Part shown: positions 8,829 to 18,568 of the stretch, piece after piece | How the letters are laid out: each line of letters opens with the position of its first letter | Numbering within the stretch: position 1 is the stretch's first letter | Source: an uncultured Flavobacteriaceae bacterium | GTDB taxonomy: Bacteria; Bacteroidota; Bacteroidia; Flavobacteriales; Flavobacteriaceae | Direction: 5' to 3' | Length of the DNA stretch: 45,935 nucleotides | Assembly (NCBI GenBank): GCA_964572365.1 | Contig: CAZNFK010000001.1 | Location: 17,522 to 63,456 of the forward strand | Program-made: the position numbers and the translations under genes | Notes under the pieces: model-generated | The model's database searches: none | The model's input: only the letters and a program-made list of their open reading frames with translations | What the model was told of the DNA's origin: nothing

Positions 8829-8856
8829 AAAGGCAGCGCTAATCCGCTGCCTTTTT
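8829..8856 (+). terminator. Intrinsic terminator after the DUF4382 gene
   Basis: AAAGGCAGCG-CTAATC-CGCTGCCTTTTT. Confidence 0.85.
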
Positions 8857-8953
8857 ATTTTAACTTAAAATTAACAAAAAATGGTTGAATATTTGCTGGG
8901 CTTGTGACGTTCCTTTTGGTTGATTATCTTCACCACACTTAAAATTAACATAC

Positions 8954-9958
8954 ATGCAGGAAAATAACAGTGCAATAGACATAGCCAGTATCAATGAAAA
9001 AATAGAGCGTGAAAGCGCTTTTGTTGATATCCTTACCACCGAAATGAAAAAGGTCATTGTAGGCCAAAAACACATGGTGGAGCGTTTGTTAATAGGATTG
9101 CTGGGGCAGGGTCATATTCTTCTGGAAGGTGTACCCGGTCTGGCAAAAACCCTTGCGATTAACACTCTTTCCAAAGCAGTACACGGAAGTTTTAGCAGGA
9201 TCCAGTTCACGCCAGATCTTTTACCGGCAGATGTTGTAGGTACTCTCATCTATAATATGAAACTGAACGATTTCAGCATTAAGAAAGGTCCCATCTTCGC
9301 GAATTTCGTCTTGGCCGATGAGATCAACCGCGCTCCTGCCAAAGTGCAGTCAGCTTTGTTGGAGGCCATGCAGGAAAAGCAGGTGACCATAGGGGAAGAG
9401 ACCTTCATCCTGGACAAACCATTCCTGGTTATGGCAACTCAAAACCCGGTGGAGCAGGAAGGAACCTATCCGCTACCTGAAGCCCAGGTAGACCGATTCA
9501 TGTTGAAAACGGTAATAAAATACCCCGAAATGAGTGAGGAGCAAATGATCATCCGTTCCAACCTTAAAGGGGCCTTTGAACAGGTGAATCCCGTGGTGAG
9601 CCTGGAGCAGATCTTAAGGGCACAGCAGGCCGTGCGGGAAGTGTACATGGATGAAAAGATCGAAAAATATATTTTGGATATTGTCTTTGCTACCCGTTTT
9701 CCTGAAAAATACAACCTTGAAAATTTAAAGCCACTTATAAATTTTGGAGCCTCGCCAAGGGGAAGTATTAACCTGGCTACGGCAGCGAAATGTTACGCGT
9801 TTATCAAGCGTCGTGGTTATGTGATCCCTGAAGATGTGCGGGCAGTAGTTCACGATGTTTTGCGTCACAGGATCGGTATCACGTATGAGGCCGAAGCTGA
9901 AAATGTCACTTCAGAAGATATTATCAACAAGATCGTCAACGAAATCGAAGTACCATAA
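8954..9958 (+). CDS. moxR: MoxR family AAA+ ATPase
   Basis: Walker A EGVPGLAKT, RIQFTPDLLPAD, LADEINRAPAKVQSALLEAM and YPLPEAQVDRF. Confidence 0.96.
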   Translation: MQENNSAIDIASINEKIERESAFVDILTTEMKKVIVGQKHMVERLLIGLLGQGHILLEGVPGLAKTLAINTLSKAVHGSFSRIQFTPDLLPADVVGTLIYNMKLNDFSIKKGPIFANFVLADEINRAPAKVQSALLEAMQEKQVTIGEETFILDKPFLVMATQNPVEQEGTYPLPEAQVDRFMLKTVIKYPEMSEEQMIIRSNLKGAFEQVNPVVSLEQILRAQQAVREVYMDEKIEKYILDIVFATRFPEKYNLENLKPLINFGASPRGSINLATAAKCYAFIKRRGYVIPEDVRAVVHDVLRHRIGITYEAEAENVTSEDIINKIVNEIEVP

Positions 9959-10051
9959 CAATGATCAGATATCAATTAGCAATGAACAAATTGAGTAAAT
10001 ATGATGTTGTTAATTGACCCCCCGTTAATTGTTTATTGATCATTGTCAATT
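9959..10051. repeat. Inverted array of degenerate heptamers (CAATGAT-like) forming a long hairpin
   Basis: Five 7-mers at 9959-9993 and four reverse-complement 7-mers at 10024-10051; perfect inverted repeat ACAATGATCA (9958-9967) / TGATCATTGT (10037-10046). Confidence 0.7.
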
Positions 10052-10057
10052 GAAGAA

Positions 10058-10924
10058 ATGGATACTAAGGAACTACTTAAAAAAGTACGAAAAATTGAGA
10101 TAAAGACCCGGCGGTTGAGCGATCATATCTTTGGCGGGGAATATCATTCTACTTTTAAGGGACGCGGAATGACCTTTAGCGAGGTGCGCCAATACCAGTT
10201 CGGTGATGATGTAAGGAATATTGATTGGAACGTGACCGCCCGTTATTCTGAACCTTTTGTGAAGGTTTTTGAAGAAGAGCGGGAATTAACCATGATGCTT
10301 GTCGTCGATGTTTCCGGCTCCGGATTGTTTGGAACCCGCAATAGCTTCAAGAAGGATATCATAACAGAAATTGCCGCCACCTTAGCCTTTTCGGCTACAC
10401 AAAACAATGATAAAATTGGGCTGATCCTGTTCTCAGATAAGATCGAACTTTATATTCCTCCGAAAAAGGGACGTTCACATGTGCTCAGGATCATCAGGGA
10501 GCTACTGGAATTTGAGCCGCAAAGCCAAAAAACAGATATCTCAAATGCCCTTAGTTACCTTTCCCGGGTAATGAAGAAGAAAGCTATTGTATTTGTTCTT
10601 TCAGATTTTATTGATGAAAATTATCAGCGCACCCTTAAGATCACCAGCGGAAGGCATGACGTAACCGGGATAAGGGTCTATGATGCAAAAGAAGAGGAGA
10701 TCCCCAACCTTGGAGTGGTGAATATGCAAGACGAGGAAACCGGAAGGACCATCCTGGTAGACACTTCCTCAAGATCTGTGCGAAACAACTACGCGAAATA
10801 TTATCGTGACAGGGTAGAATATTTTCAGGAAAGCTTCAGGAAAAGCGGTGCGGGAAATTTAAGCAGCAGAGTGGACGAAAGCTATGTCAAAAAATTATTG
10901 GGATACTTCAAAATGCGGGCCTGA
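10058..10924 (+). CDS. DUF58 domain protein (MoxR-associated, vWA-like)
   Basis: GEYHSTFKGRGMTFSEVRQYQFGDDVRNIDWNVTAR, FEEERE and DVSGS; ATG at 10058. Confidence 0.93.
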   Translation: MDTKELLKKVRKIEIKTRRLSDHIFGGEYHSTFKGRGMTFSEVRQYQFGDDVRNIDWNVTARYSEPFVKVFEEERELTMMLVVDVSGSGLFGTRNSFKKDIITEIAATLAFSATQNNDKIGLILFSDKIELYIPPKKGRSHVLRIIRELLEFEPQSQKTDISNALSYLSRVMKKKAIVFVLSDFIDENYQRTLKITSGRHDVTGIRVYDAKEEEIPNLGVVNMQDEETGRTILVDTSSRSVRNNYAKYYRDRVEYFQESFRKSGAGNLSSRVDESYVKKLLGYFKMRA

Positions 10925-10926
10925 TC

Positions 10927-12567
10927 ATGACCAGTGAAAAAGTTAAAATGACAGAATTGAAACATACTAAAAAAACCACTTATTCGGGTGTTTTGCTGTT
11001 TCTTGTTTTGTGGCTAACAGGCCCATCGACAGTGGTCGCACAGCAGGTGGAGGCCTCCATAGACACCGCATCTATAAGAATTGGAGAACAGATACGTTAC
11101 AGCGTTGCTGTGGAAACCGATTCTACCGATCTGGTGGTATTTCCTGAAGGTCAAACTTTTTCCCCTCTCGAGATGGTGGAATCCTTTGCAGCGGACACAA
11201 ATCGCGTTCAGGACAGGTTCAGGCTTATCAAAGAATATGCACTCACACAATGGGATTCGGGAAGTTATATGATTCCCCGGCAGCGGGTAAGCATAAATGA
11301 TGATATATTTTTTACCGATTCCCTGCTGGTGGAAGTGGGCACGGTGGTGGTAGATACAACCAAGCAAAAAATGTTTCCTATAAAACCTTCGGTTGAAGTA
11401 CCTTCCGGTTTTTCTCTGCCCAATTGGGTCTGGTGGGTTTTGGCTTTGCTCTTGTTGGCAGCACTTGCGGTTTTCTTATTCTTCCGAAGAAAAAAGAAGA
11501 AAGCGGAAGCCGCCAAAAAATTACCGCCTTATGAACAGGCGATCTTTGAACTTCAGCAACTGGATAATTCTCATTTGCTCGAACAGAGGGAGATCAAAGA
11601 ATATTATTCCCAGCTTTCGGCTGCGGTGCGGCGATATCTTGACGGGGAGGTGTATGATCACGCGCTGGAGAGTACTACCGGGGAACTTATTCACTTTTTG
11701 GAGCATGAGCGGGAAACAGGACATTTGAACCTTTCCGATGAAACCATAAGAAGATTAAAAGTGATCCTGGAACGGGCCGATCTTGCCAAATTCGCCAATT
11801 CCCGACCCGATGTGATCACTGCAAAAGAAGACCGAAGCAGTGTTGAAAATGTGATCAACGACACCCGTGCTTCCATTCCGCAGCCTTCTGAAGAAGAGTT
11901 GTTGCGGGACCAGGAATACCGTGAAAAACTCGCTCGTAAAAAGAAGGTGAGGAAGATCGTGGTCGGAATCATTGGGCTGGTACTGGTGATAAGCGGTGCC
12001 ATGGCCTACATTATTACTACCCGGGGCTTTAGTTATTTTCAGGATACCTATCTGGGTAACGAGAGTAAAGACCTGTTGGAAGGAGAGTGGATACGCAGTG
12101 AATATGGCACCCCGCCTGTTGCTGTGACCACCCCCGATGTCCTGGTGAGAGAGATGCTGGACTCTACCTCAAGAGCGGCGGGGAAAGAAACCTTTAGGTA
12201 CGGCAGTATAGAAAGTAATTTGTTTATAGATCTTAATACCCGACCCGTTGGGCAGGAATTTAACCTGCAGGGAGCTGTGGAGGAAGTTTATACCTATCTT
12301 GAAAAAAGAGGGGCGCGAAACATCATTACCAAGCAGGAGGAGATCACCACTCTTAATGGAGCTGAGGGTCTAAGGATCTTTGGAACATTGGGCTTGGAAG
12401 TACAAAACTCAGAAAACCTGCTGCAAAAAGAATATGCTATCTTGAATTTTGCTGAAGCCGGCGGGTACCAGCAAATAGTGGTGATCTATAATGAAGGGGA
12501 TGATTATGCCGGGGAGATCTCGCAGCGCATCACCAATTCTGTTGAACTTAGAAATGCTGAAAATTGA
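10927..12567 (+). CDS. bat-operon membrane protein (BatD-like N-terminus, two TM segments)
   Basis: Signal peptide, IDTASIRIGEQ, TM followed by RRKKKK, and KEYYSQLS..VRRYL...ALESTT...ADLAKFA; lies between DUF58 and batA. Confidence 0.8.
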   Translation: MTSEKVKMTELKHTKKTTYSGVLLFLVLWLTGPSTVVAQQVEASIDTASIRIGEQIRYSVAVETDSTDLVVFPEGQTFSPLEMVESFAADTNRVQDRFRLIKEYALTQWDSGSYMIPRQRVSINDDIFFTDSLLVEVGTVVVDTTKQKMFPIKPSVEVPSGFSLPNWVWWVLALLLLAALAVFLFFRRKKKKAEAAKKLPPYEQAIFELQQLDNSHLLEQREIKEYYSQLSAAVRRYLDGEVYDHALESTTGELIHFLEHERETGHLNLSDETIRRLKVILERADLAKFANSRPDVITAKEDRSSVENVINDTRASIPQPSEEELLRDQEYREKLARKKKVRKIVVGIIGLVLVISGAMAYIITTRGFSYFQDTYLGNESKDLLEGEWIRSEYGTPPVAVTTPDVLVREMLDSTSRAAGKETFRYGSIESNLFIDLNTRPVGQEFNLQGAVEEVYTYLEKRGARNIITKQEEITTLNGAEGLRIFGTLGLEVQNSENLLQKEYAILNFAEAGGYQQIVVIYNEGDDYAGEISQRITNSVELRNAEN

Positions 12568-13571
12568 TGTTTGAAAATTTCGTTTTTGAAGATCCTGAAT
12601 TTTTCTGGCTCTTGCTGCTTTTGCCGCTGGCCCTGGGCTGGTATGTGTGGAAGAGAAAAAAACAAACTGCCGAACTCAGAATTTCGAGCATCAATGGGTT
12701 TAGAAGCAGAACAGGATTATTGGGAAAATTAAGGCCTGTACTTTTCATTATGCGTCTTATAATTCTGGCGCTTGTTATCACAGCCCTTGCCAGGCCCAGG
12801 ACGGTAGATGTTTCGAGCCGCACCAGCAGCACTATGGGAATTGATATTGTAATGGCGATAGATGTCTCTGCGAGTATGCTGGCCCGAGACCTGGAGCCAA
12901 ACCGGCTGGAAGCGACCAAAGAGGTTGCCGCAGAATTCATCAAGAACCGTCCGGGAGATCGCATTGGTCTGGTAGTCTATGCTGGGGAAAGTTTTACCAA
13001 GACACCAATTACCAGTGATAAAAGCATTGTTCTTGCCGCGCTCGAAGACGTGGAATATAACAACGTCCTTGAAAACGGAACAGCCATAGGAATGGGGTTG
13101 GCCACATCGGTAAACAGGTTGAAAGATAGTGAGGCAGAAAGTAAGGTGATCATTCTGTTGACAGACGGGATGAACAACGCCGGCTTTATCGATCCAAAAA
13201 TTGCCAGCGAACTGGCCGTGGAATTCGGGATAAAAACCTATACCATTGGGGTGGGAAGTAACGGTACTGCCTTGTCACCGGTGGCTATTCGGCCAGATGG
13301 TACCTTTCAATATGGCCGTGTTCCTGTGGAGATCGACGAAGACCTGTTAAGGGAGATCGCGCAGGCTACCGGCGGGAAATACTTCCGGGCGACCAATAAT
13401 GAAAAACTGGAGGAAATCTATGAAGAGATAGATCAACTGGAGAAGACCGAGATCGAGGAATTCAAATTCTATAATTACCAGGAAAAATTCAGGACACTCG
13501 TCATTTTAGCGGGTTTTCTATTGCTGCTTGAGATCCTGTTGCGATTTACCTTTTTCCGAAGTTTTGTATAA
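12567..13571 (+). CDS. batA: BatA vWA domain membrane protein
   Basis: N-terminal F-x-x-P-x-F-F-W-L, ALARP, MIDAS DVSASM, GTAIGMGL and LLTDG; TGATG coupling with the upstream gene. Confidence 0.93.
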   Translation: MFENFVFEDPEFFWLLLLLPLALGWYVWKRKKQTAELRISSINGFRSRTGLLGKLRPVLFIMRLIILALVITALARPRTVDVSSRTSSTMGIDIVMAIDVSASMLARDLEPNRLEATKEVAAEFIKNRPGDRIGLVVYAGESFTKTPITSDKSIVLAALEDVEYNNVLENGTAIGMGLATSVNRLKDSEAESKVIILLTDGMNNAGFIDPKIASELAVEFGIKTYTIGVGSNGTALSPVAIRPDGTFQYGRVPVEIDEDLLREIAQATGGKYFRATNNEKLEEIYEEIDQLEKTEIEEFKFYNYQEKFRTLVILAGFLLLLEILLRFTFFRSFV

Positions 13572-13584
13572 AAAATTAAAGTAA

Positions 13585-14622
13585 ATGTTCCTTTTAGAAG
13601 ATAAGACTTATTTCTGGTTCCTGCTTGCCATCCCGGTGGTGGTATTGTTATTCGCTTTGCTGGTTTTTTGGCAAAAGCGGACCCAGAAGAAATTTGCCGA
13701 TAAGGAATTACTTAGAAAGCTCAGCCCAAATCGTTCCCTGGGCAAATCTATCCTGAAAGTAGTGGTGCTTTCCCTGGCGATCGCTTCGCTGGGGATCGCG
13801 CTGGTGAACCCGCAGTTTGGCACAAAATTAGAAACGGTAAAAAGGGAAGGAGTAGACGTGGTCTTTGCCATTGATGTTTCCAAAAGTATGCTGGCTGAGG
13901 ACATTGCTCCCAACCGGCTTGAAAAAACAAAGCAGCTGGTTACCCAGATCATTAACAATCTTGCCAGTGACCGGGTGGGGATCATAGCTTATGCAGGCAG
14001 CGCGTTTCCGCAGTTGCCCATAACCACCGATTATGCCGCGGCAAAAATGTTCCTGCAAAGCATGAATACCGACATGGTCTCTTCGCAGGGAACAGCTATA
14101 AAGGAAGCCATAGAACTGGCGACTACCTATTTTAATGATGAGGAGCAGACCAACAGGATCCTTTTTCTGATCAGTGACGGGGAGGACCACCAGGGAGAGA
14201 TCGAAGATATTGCCGAAGAAGCTGCCAGAAAAGGTATAAGAATAGTAACCATAGGAGTAGGAACAACAAAAGGAGGGCCTATTCCTATCAAAAGGAAAGG
14301 GGTCATTCAGAGTTACAAAAAGGACAATAACGGGGAAACCGTGATCACCAGGCTCAATGAAAAAACGCTTAGGGAGATCGCAAATGAAGCGAACGGAAAA
14401 TATATCCACGGCAATGTGACCGCGGAAGTTGTTGACCAGGTAACAGAGATCCTTCAGAATATGGACAAGAAGGAATTTGAAAGTCAGCAGATCGCCGAGT
14501 ATAAAAGTCAATTTCAGTGGTTTCTGGGATTGGGGCTCTTTTTCCTGCTGCTTGATATCCTGTTACTGGAGCGACGCACATCCTGGTTAAAAAGATTAAA
14601 TTTGTTTAATGAAGAAAAGTAG
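13585..14622 (+). CDS. batB: BatB vWA domain membrane protein
   Basis: DVSKSMLAEDIAPNRL, LPITTDY and ISDGEDH motifs. Confidence 0.93.
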   Translation: MFLLEDKTYFWFLLAIPVVVLLFALLVFWQKRTQKKFADKELLRKLSPNRSLGKSILKVVVLSLAIASLGIALVNPQFGTKLETVKREGVDVVFAIDVSKSMLAEDIAPNRLEKTKQLVTQIINNLASDRVGIIAYAGSAFPQLPITTDYAAAKMFLQSMNTDMVSSQGTAIKEAIELATTYFNDEEQTNRILFLISDGEDHQGEIEDIAEEAARKGIRIVTIGVGTTKGGPIPIKRKGVIQSYKKDNNGETVITRLNEKTLREIANEANGKYIHGNVTAEVVDQVTEILQNMDKKEFESQQIAEYKSQFQWFLGLGLFFLLLDILLLERRTSWLKRLNLFNEEK

Positions 14623-14631
14623 TCGAATTTG

Positions 14632-15519
14632 ATGATGATGAAAGGACTCTTGAAAATAGCATTTTTGGGGCTACTTCTGGTAGCGGCCATTCCTGTTTGT
14701 GCGCAGGAAGATCAGGAAAAAGCCACCCGAGCAGCAAAGAAATACATGCAGCAGGCCGAGGAAGCTTTGGCTGAAAATGATATGGCTGCCGCCGAAGCCC
14801 TGTACCGTAAAGCAATCGCGAAAGATCCCGCTAATGCCGAGGCCCGGTATAATCTCGGGAACATCTATTATCAAAACGAGATTACGGGAGAGGCTGTAGA
14901 ACGTCACACCCAGTCGGCCAAGGTGGCAGAAGAAAAGCCGCTAAAACATGATTCTTTCCATAACCAGGGAAATGCTTTTATGAAGCAAAAGAAATATAAG
15001 GAAGCTGTTGAGGCCTATAAAAATTCCCTGCGGAACAATCCTAATGACGAGGAGACCCGCTACAATTTAGCGCTGGCCAAAAAAATGCTTGAAGAAGAGA
15101 AAAAGGGAGGCGGCGACGAAAATAAGGACGATCAGAAAAAAGATCAACAAGACCAGAAAAAGGATCAGAAGCAAGACCAGAAAGAGCAGGAAGGAGACCA
15201 GGGCGACAAGGAAAAGAACGATGAAGGAAAGCCTGAAGATAAGGACAAAGGCGGCGAAAAAGATAATAAAGACAAAAAAGAGGGAGAGGATAAAAAAGAT
15301 AATGAAGGCAAACCTCAAAACCAGGAAAAGCAAAAGGATCAGGGAGAAAAATCTGATGAGCAGCAACAAAAACAGCCTCAACCTCGCCCTGGGCAACTAT
15401 CTGCACAGCAGGTGAAGAACCTTCTGGAAGCCATGGGTAATGAGGAGAAGAAGGTGCAGGAGAAGATCAATGCCGAAAAAGTAAAAGGAGCAAAAACCAA
15501 AACCGAAAAAGACTGGTAA
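14632..15519 (+). CDS. batC: BatC TPR protein with K/D/Q/E low-complexity linker
   Basis: TPRs (YNLGN, HNQGN, YNLALA), charged linker and C-terminal EKDW. Start uncertain among ATGs 14632-14638. Confidence 0.9.
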   Translation: MMMKGLLKIAFLGLLLVAAIPVCAQEDQEKATRAAKKYMQQAEEALAENDMAAAEALYRKAIAKDPANAEARYNLGNIYYQNEITGEAVERHTQSAKVAEEKPLKHDSFHNQGNAFMKQKKYKEAVEAYKNSLRNNPNDEETRYNLALAKKMLEEEKKGGGDENKDDQKKDQQDQKKDQKQDQKEQEGDQGDKEKNDEGKPEDKDKGGEKDNKDKKEGEDKKDNEGKPQNQEKQKDQGEKSDEQQQKQPQPRPGQLSAQQVKNLLEAMGNEEKKVQEKINAEKVKGAKTKTEKDW

Positions 15520-15537
15520 AAACAGGAACAGAAAAAA

Positions 15538-17304
15538 ATGAAGATCAAAATTCTAATTTTATCGTTCTTTTTGATGGCCTGGGGTACGGCTACTGCGCAG
15601 GTGCAGTTCGAGGCCAAGGCCAGTAAGACAAAACTGGGCGTGAACGAACGTCTGCGGATAGATTTTATCATGAATGAAGACGGGGATAATTTTAACCCTC
15701 CCTCTTTCAGTAATTTTACGGTGGTTGGCGGGCCAAATCAGGCCGTGAGCAACAGCTGGATCAATGGTAAAAGAAGTTATTCAAAGACCTACAGCTACTT
15801 TTTAGCGCCCAAAAAAAGGGGGACATTTACCATTGGCCAGGCAGAGATCACCATTGAAGGGAATGTTTACAAAACCACTCCTCTGGAAATTGAGGTGACC
15901 GCGGCGGTTGATGAACCTACAGACGGTAATAATTCTGAGTATGTAGCTTCCGAGAACCTCCACCTGGTGGCAGAGATCTCGAATACCAATCCTTATCTCA
16001 ACGAAGCGATCACCGTTGTTTATAAGCTGTACGTGAGTCCGCGAATCAATGTTAGTGACTGGCGACAAATAGATAATCCTACTTTCAGCGATTTTTGGAG
16101 CCAGAATATCGACATGCAGCGACTCCAGGTAGAGAACGGAGAATACCAGGGAGAACCTTACAGGTATGTTGTTCTTCGCAAAACAGTATTGTACCCGCAG
16201 AAAACCGGAAAGCTCAATATTGAGCCGTTGACCCTTTCGGTCTCGGTTGAGGTTCCCGGCGACAGAAGGGATATATTCGGAAACCGCTTTTATGAGACCG
16301 TAGATAAAACAGTCGCGGCAGGTAACCGTACCATTAATGTCAAACCACTTCCGGAGGAAGGCAAGCCCGCCGGATTCACGGGAGCGGTAGGGAAAAATCT
16401 CAGCTTCAAGGTTACCACCGATAAAAAACAGTTGAACGCGACCGAATCTTTGCAGGCAAAGGTGCAGGTGAGCGGGCAGGGAAATCTCAAGCTCTTTGAT
16501 CTTCCGGCGTTGACGGTTCCCGCTTCCGTAGAAAAATACGAGCCCGAATATTCCGAAGCGGTGAATACCAATCTGAGCGGAATGCAGGGAAGTATTTCCA
16601 ATACGTATACGCTTGTGCCGCAGGCGAAGGGAAAATATCCTATTCCCCCGGTGTCTTTTTCTTATTTTGACCTGAACAGTGGAAGTTATAAAACCCTTAC
16701 TTCCGAAGAGATTCTTCTTGATGTAGAGGCTGCGCCCGCAGGGCAGGCCGGAACTACCTCCGGAAGTTCGAATAGCGTGGCCCGGCAGGTTCCTTCCGCA
16801 GCCAGCCAGTTCAGGTATATTAAGCTCACTGCGAACTTAAAACCTATTGGGCAGGAACCTTTCATAAAATCGGTGCTGTTCTGGAGCCTTTTTTCCTTAC
16901 CTCTGCTGTTGATCCCTCTGGCGGTTTTCTTCGGAAAGAGACGGGAAGCAATTGCGGGTGATGTAAAAGGGAACAGGATCAAAAAAGCAAATAAGCTGGC
17001 TCGAAAATATCTTTCAGAAGCAAGAAAGAACCTGGGAGATCAGAAGAAATTCTATGAGTCTCTGGAAAGGGCGCTGCACAATTATCTGAAGGCTAAATTG
17101 CACATACAGACCAGTGAGATGAGTAAAGAGCGCATAAAGGAGCTGCTGATGACTCAGGGAGTAGATGGGGATGCCGTCGCCAGGTTCATTAAACTGCTGG
17201 AGAGTTGCGAATTTGCAAGGTATACGCCAGCATCGAATGTTACTATGAAACATGATTACGATGAGGCTGTGGAAGTCATTTCAGAAATAGATAAACAGGT
17301 ATGA
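15538..17304 (+). CDS. batD: BatD oxygen-tolerance protein
   Basis: Signal peptide, SWINGK, FTGAVG, C-terminal TM and CEFARYTP. Confidence 0.92.
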   Translation: MKIKILILSFFLMAWGTATAQVQFEAKASKTKLGVNERLRIDFIMNEDGDNFNPPSFSNFTVVGGPNQAVSNSWINGKRSYSKTYSYFLAPKKRGTFTIGQAEITIEGNVYKTTPLEIEVTAAVDEPTDGNNSEYVASENLHLVAEISNTNPYLNEAITVVYKLYVSPRINVSDWRQIDNPTFSDFWSQNIDMQRLQVENGEYQGEPYRYVVLRKTVLYPQKTGKLNIEPLTLSVSVEVPGDRRDIFGNRFYETVDKTVAAGNRTINVKPLPEEGKPAGFTGAVGKNLSFKVTTDKKQLNATESLQAKVQVSGQGNLKLFDLPALTVPASVEKYEPEYSEAVNTNLSGMQGSISNTYTLVPQAKGKYPIPPVSFSYFDLNSGSYKTLTSEEILLDVEAAPAGQAGTTSGSSNSVARQVPSAASQFRYIKLTANLKPIGQEPFIKSVLFWSLFSLPLLLIPLAVFFGKRREAIAGDVKGNRIKKANKLARKYLSEARKNLGDQKKFYESLERALHNYLKAKLHIQTSEMSKERIKELLMTQGVDGDAVARFIKLLESCEFARYTPASNVTMKHDYDEAVEVISEIDKQV

Positions 17305-18050
17305 AAAAGTTGATTTATTTAGTGCTGATGTTGATCGGGTTTTCCGGGAGTGCCCAGAACCAAACTTTTTTTGAAAGAGCCAATGCGGCCTACGCAGATG
17401 GAAATTATGAAGAAGCTGCAGAACTTTACCGGGAGATCCTGAATAAGGGAGAAGCCTCTGTTGCCGTACATTACAATTTGGGCAACAGTTACTATAAATT
17501 GAACCGGATCGCCCCCAGCATTTATCATTTCGAAAAAGCCCTGCAATTAAAACCCGGAGATGAAGATGTGATGAATAACCTGCAGTTTGCCCGTAATATG
17601 GCCATTGATGCTATAGAAGAGCCAAAGGAGGAGGGTTTTTCAGAATTCATTACTTCAACAACAGCTATTTTTTCACCCACAGGTTGGGGCTGGACCGCTA
17701 TTGTTTGCATGCTTGTATTTGTCGCTTTCTTTTTAGCCTATTACTTCAGCCGGAAAGCCCTTTTCAAAAGAGTATTTTTTATCACCGGGATGTTCTTTCT
17801 TTTGGTGGCGATCTCTTCGGCAGTAATAGGAACGATAAAACAGAATATTCTGGAAAATCGCTCTTTCGCTATTGTTTTTTCTGAAGAAGTTGAGGTTAAA
17901 AGTGAACCTAATGTGAGAAGCGGAGAAGTCTTTACACTTCATGAGGGAGCCAAAGTAAAGGTGACCGAAGATTTCCAGGAATGGTATGAAATAGAACTCC
18001 CAAATGGTAGCCAGGGGTGGTTGAAAAAATCCGACCTGAAACGACTCTAA
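17301..18050 (+). CDS. batE: BatE TPR + SH3 domain protein
   Basis: TPR YNLGNSYYK, two TMs and SH3b-like FTLHEGAKV...GW; ATGA overlap with batD. Confidence 0.92.
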   Translation: MKKLIYLVLMLIGFSGSAQNQTFFERANAAYADGNYEEAAELYREILNKGEASVAVHYNLGNSYYKLNRIAPSIYHFEKALQLKPGDEDVMNNLQFARNMAIDAIEEPKEEGFSEFITSTTAIFSPTGWGWTAIVCMLVFVAFFLAYYFSRKALFKRVFFITGMFFLLVAISSAVIGTIKQNILENRSFAIVFSEEVEVKSEPNVRSGEVFTLHEGAKVKVTEDFQEWYEIELPNGSQGWLKKSDLKRL

Positions 18051-18098
18051 AAGCCTGTTAAATTCTCGATTTGTGACGGGAGTCATTTGAGAAAAACT

Positions 18099-18106
18099 TA
18101 TTTTCG
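18099..18106 (+). promoter_or_regulatory. -7 promoter element (TATTTTCG) directly upstream of GTG 18112
   Basis: TAnnTTCG ending 5 nt before the start codon, which suggests a leaderless or near-leaderless transcript. Confidence 0.55.
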
Positions 18107-18111
18107 CGGTC

Positions 18112-18402
18112 GTGAAAACTATAGCCTGCATATTATCCATTATTTTCCTGACATTCGTGGCGGGACCAACGGTCATCAGTCTTATTGATGAATCGGTGGA
18201 TGTGTCCTATGCATTTACGGCTAATGAAGAGGAAAACTCCTCTAAGAATCAGGTGAATTTTGAATACCTTTTAGAGAAGGCTTTTTCGAATCATGCCAGC
18301 ATTGAATACCTGAGGACACATCAAAAGCAGGGCTATTCTTATAAAGAAAATTACCACAAGGTTTATCTTGAAGTGGTTTCTCCGCCGCCTAAATATTCAT
18401 AA
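18112..18402 (+). CDS. 96-aa hypothetical protein; candidate regulatory leader with hydrophobic N-terminus and C-terminal SPPPKYS
   Basis: Intact ORF with its own promoter element, N-terminal TM/signal-like segment, acidic NEEEN patch and PPP ending 3 codons before the stop; precedes sulP-can. Confidence 0.75.
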   Translation: MKTIACILSIIFLTFVAGPTVISLIDESVDVSYAFTANEEENSSKNQVNFEYLLEKAFSNHASIEYLRTHQKQGYSYKENYHKVYLEVVSPPPKYS

Positions 18403-18568
18403 TACTTTCGTTTTTATAATCTCTGGAATTCTCTGGGGCCCTTTTTCTGTGGCTTCCGGAAAGTATTTCATATTCTGAATTCCAAATTAAAAGGAGATTC
18501 TAATTTAATTATTTTCAATTTCATTAAGACGGGTGTTTACCAATGCCTGTCCTAAAAAAGTATTATTT

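Noticed and set aside
13828-14511. 227-aa antisense ORF
   Set aside because: Lies entirely opposite batB with no recognisable motifs; shadow ORF.
15041-15415. Hydrophobic and Arg/Lys-rich alternative-frame ORFs and repeat-like DNA
   Set aside because: By-product of the purine-rich low-complexity K/D/Q/E linker of BatC; not a CRISPR array or separate genes.
18490-18496. AAAGGAG Shine-Dalgarno-like sequence in the sulP leader
   Set aside because: No start codon at a suitable distance, and Bacteroidota rarely use SD pairing.
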